Origin: Dehalococcoidia bacterium
GTDB lineage: Bacteria > Chloroflexota > Dehalococcoidia > Lucifugimonadales > UBA2985
Reading direction: 5' to 3'
Assembly (NCBI GenBank): GCA_965218945.1
Contig: OZ244718.1
Span: forward strand, 1,981,700 to 2,045,699
Length of the DNA: 64,000 nt
Part shown: one piece after another, positions 63,209 through 64,000 of the stretch
How positions within the stretch are numbered: the first letter of the stretch is position 1
Layout: each line of letters begins with the position of its first letter
Program-made: the position numbers and the translations under genes
Notes under the pieces: model-generated
Seen by the model: only the letters and a program-made list of their open reading frames with translations
The model's database searches: none
Told to the model about the DNA's origin: nothing

Positions 63209-64000
63209 CTACGCATCCAGGGCTGATTTCAGCGACGCCAGCAACGCGTCCTCTTCCGTTGTAAGCACAGTCCGAGGGTCGAGGAGCACACGGTCGTCCT
63301 CTATGCGAGCTATGACCGGGGTGTCAGCCTCCCTGAGGCGCTTGGCCAGGCCCTGCGCGCCCTCGGGCGTACCCTGCGCCCCGATGGAGAGCAGCCAGGT
63401 CGGGATACTCTCCCCGGGCAGGCTGCCCCCGCCAATTGCGGACAGGCCTTGGACTACCTGAGCCGTATCCCCGACGCTCTTCTGCCAGCTTCGGGCCCGT
63501 TCCTCAAGAGTATCGACTGGGGTGGAGATCATCCTCCAGATGGGGACCTTCTCCAGCGACTCGCCCTTCAGGTAGTGGAGAAGGGTCGCGGTGAGGGTTG
63601 CCAGGCTGAGCTTGTCTATGCGCACAGCCCTGGCTAGGGGATGCCTTGCCAGGCGCGACACAAGCTCCCTCTTTCCCGCCACGATGCCGGCCTGGGGGCC
63701 TCCCAGGAGCTTGTCGCCCGAGAAGAAGACCATGTCTGCCCCGGCCGCGATGCTGTCCTGCACCATAGGCTCGCGGGCCAGCCCGAACCGGGTGGTATCC
63801 AGAAGGCAGCCGCTGCCCTGGTCGTGGAGGACGGGAGTCCCGCGGCCGGCTCCCAAGGCCGCAAGTTCTTCCACGGTGGCTTCATGGGTAAAGCCGATGA
63901 CTCGGAAGTTGCTGGTGTGCACCTTGAGCATTGCGGCGGTATCCTGGGTTAAGGCGTTTTCATAGTCGGCGAGGTAGGTGCGGTTTGTCGTGCCCACCTC
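63209..64000 (-). CDS. selA: L-seryl-tRNA(Sec) selenium transferase, C-terminal part (5' end beyond the window)
   Basis: GTTNRTYLADYE, KVHTSNFRVIGFT, FSGDKLLGGPQAGI (PLP lysine), collinear with E. coli SelA. The frame stays open to nt 64000. Confidence 0.9.
   Translation of the reverse strand, partial: EVGTTNRTYLADYENALTQDTAAMLKVHTSNFRVIGFTHEATVEELAALGAGRGTPVLHDQGSGCLLDTTRFGLAREPMVQDSIAAGADMVFFSGDKLLGGPQAGIVAGKRELVSRLARHPLARAVRIDKLSLATLTATLLHYLKGESLEKVPIWRMISTPVDTLEERARSWQKSVGDTAQVVQGLSAIGGGSLPGESIPTWLLSIGAQGTPEGAQGLAKRLREADTPVIARIEDDRVLLDPRTVLTTEEDALLASLKSALDA

Overview
GC-rich bacterial chromosomal segment; all GC statements here are by eye, nothing was computed. The gene content (paralogous CoA-transferases, acyl-CoA dehydrogenases and a crotonase, Pro/Thr-linker lipoproteins, a cdsA-dxr-rseP-ispG block) suggests a Chloroflexota-like organism, but that is inference only. 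Core genes: an ATP synthase operon (atpZ/I-B-E-F-H-A, minus strand, 1-3482), an MFS transporter, cdsA-dxr-rseP...ispG, coaE, cinA, a GldG/ABC-2 export operon, a CoA-transferase/ACAD paralog block, yqeK, folC, fabF and a partial selA. Accessory DNA falls in several patches. (1) About 5.0-20.8 kb is an island opening with a large serine recombinase. It carries a standalone mini-CHAT/caspase-like protein, a YhcG/DUF1016 nuclease, an IS1-family element, McrBC with an unusual N-terminal domain, and an uncharacterised co-directional cluster at 14.0-19.9 kb. That cluster encodes an HTH protein, a 2-TM peptide, a Cys/His-rich protein, a disrupted CD-NTase-like nucleotidyltransferase and a DUF4062-like-NACHT STAND NTPase; it is my lead candidate for a new defence system. 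(2) 25.5-28.4 kb is a methyltransferase-HNH fusion plus an ApeA-type HEPN protein, wedged between rseP and ispG. (3) 49.0-53.2 kb holds hicBA plus an RHH gene, a trypsin-like lipoprotein, a second mini-CHAT paralog bracketed by 37-bp direct repeats, and a retropepsin-like protease. An intact IS1182-family element, an IS1595 transposase relic and a family of GTCATTC...GAATGAC hairpin repeats are also present. No rRNA, no convincing tRNA and no CRISPR array were found. All family calls come from motif recognition by eye, not database searches.
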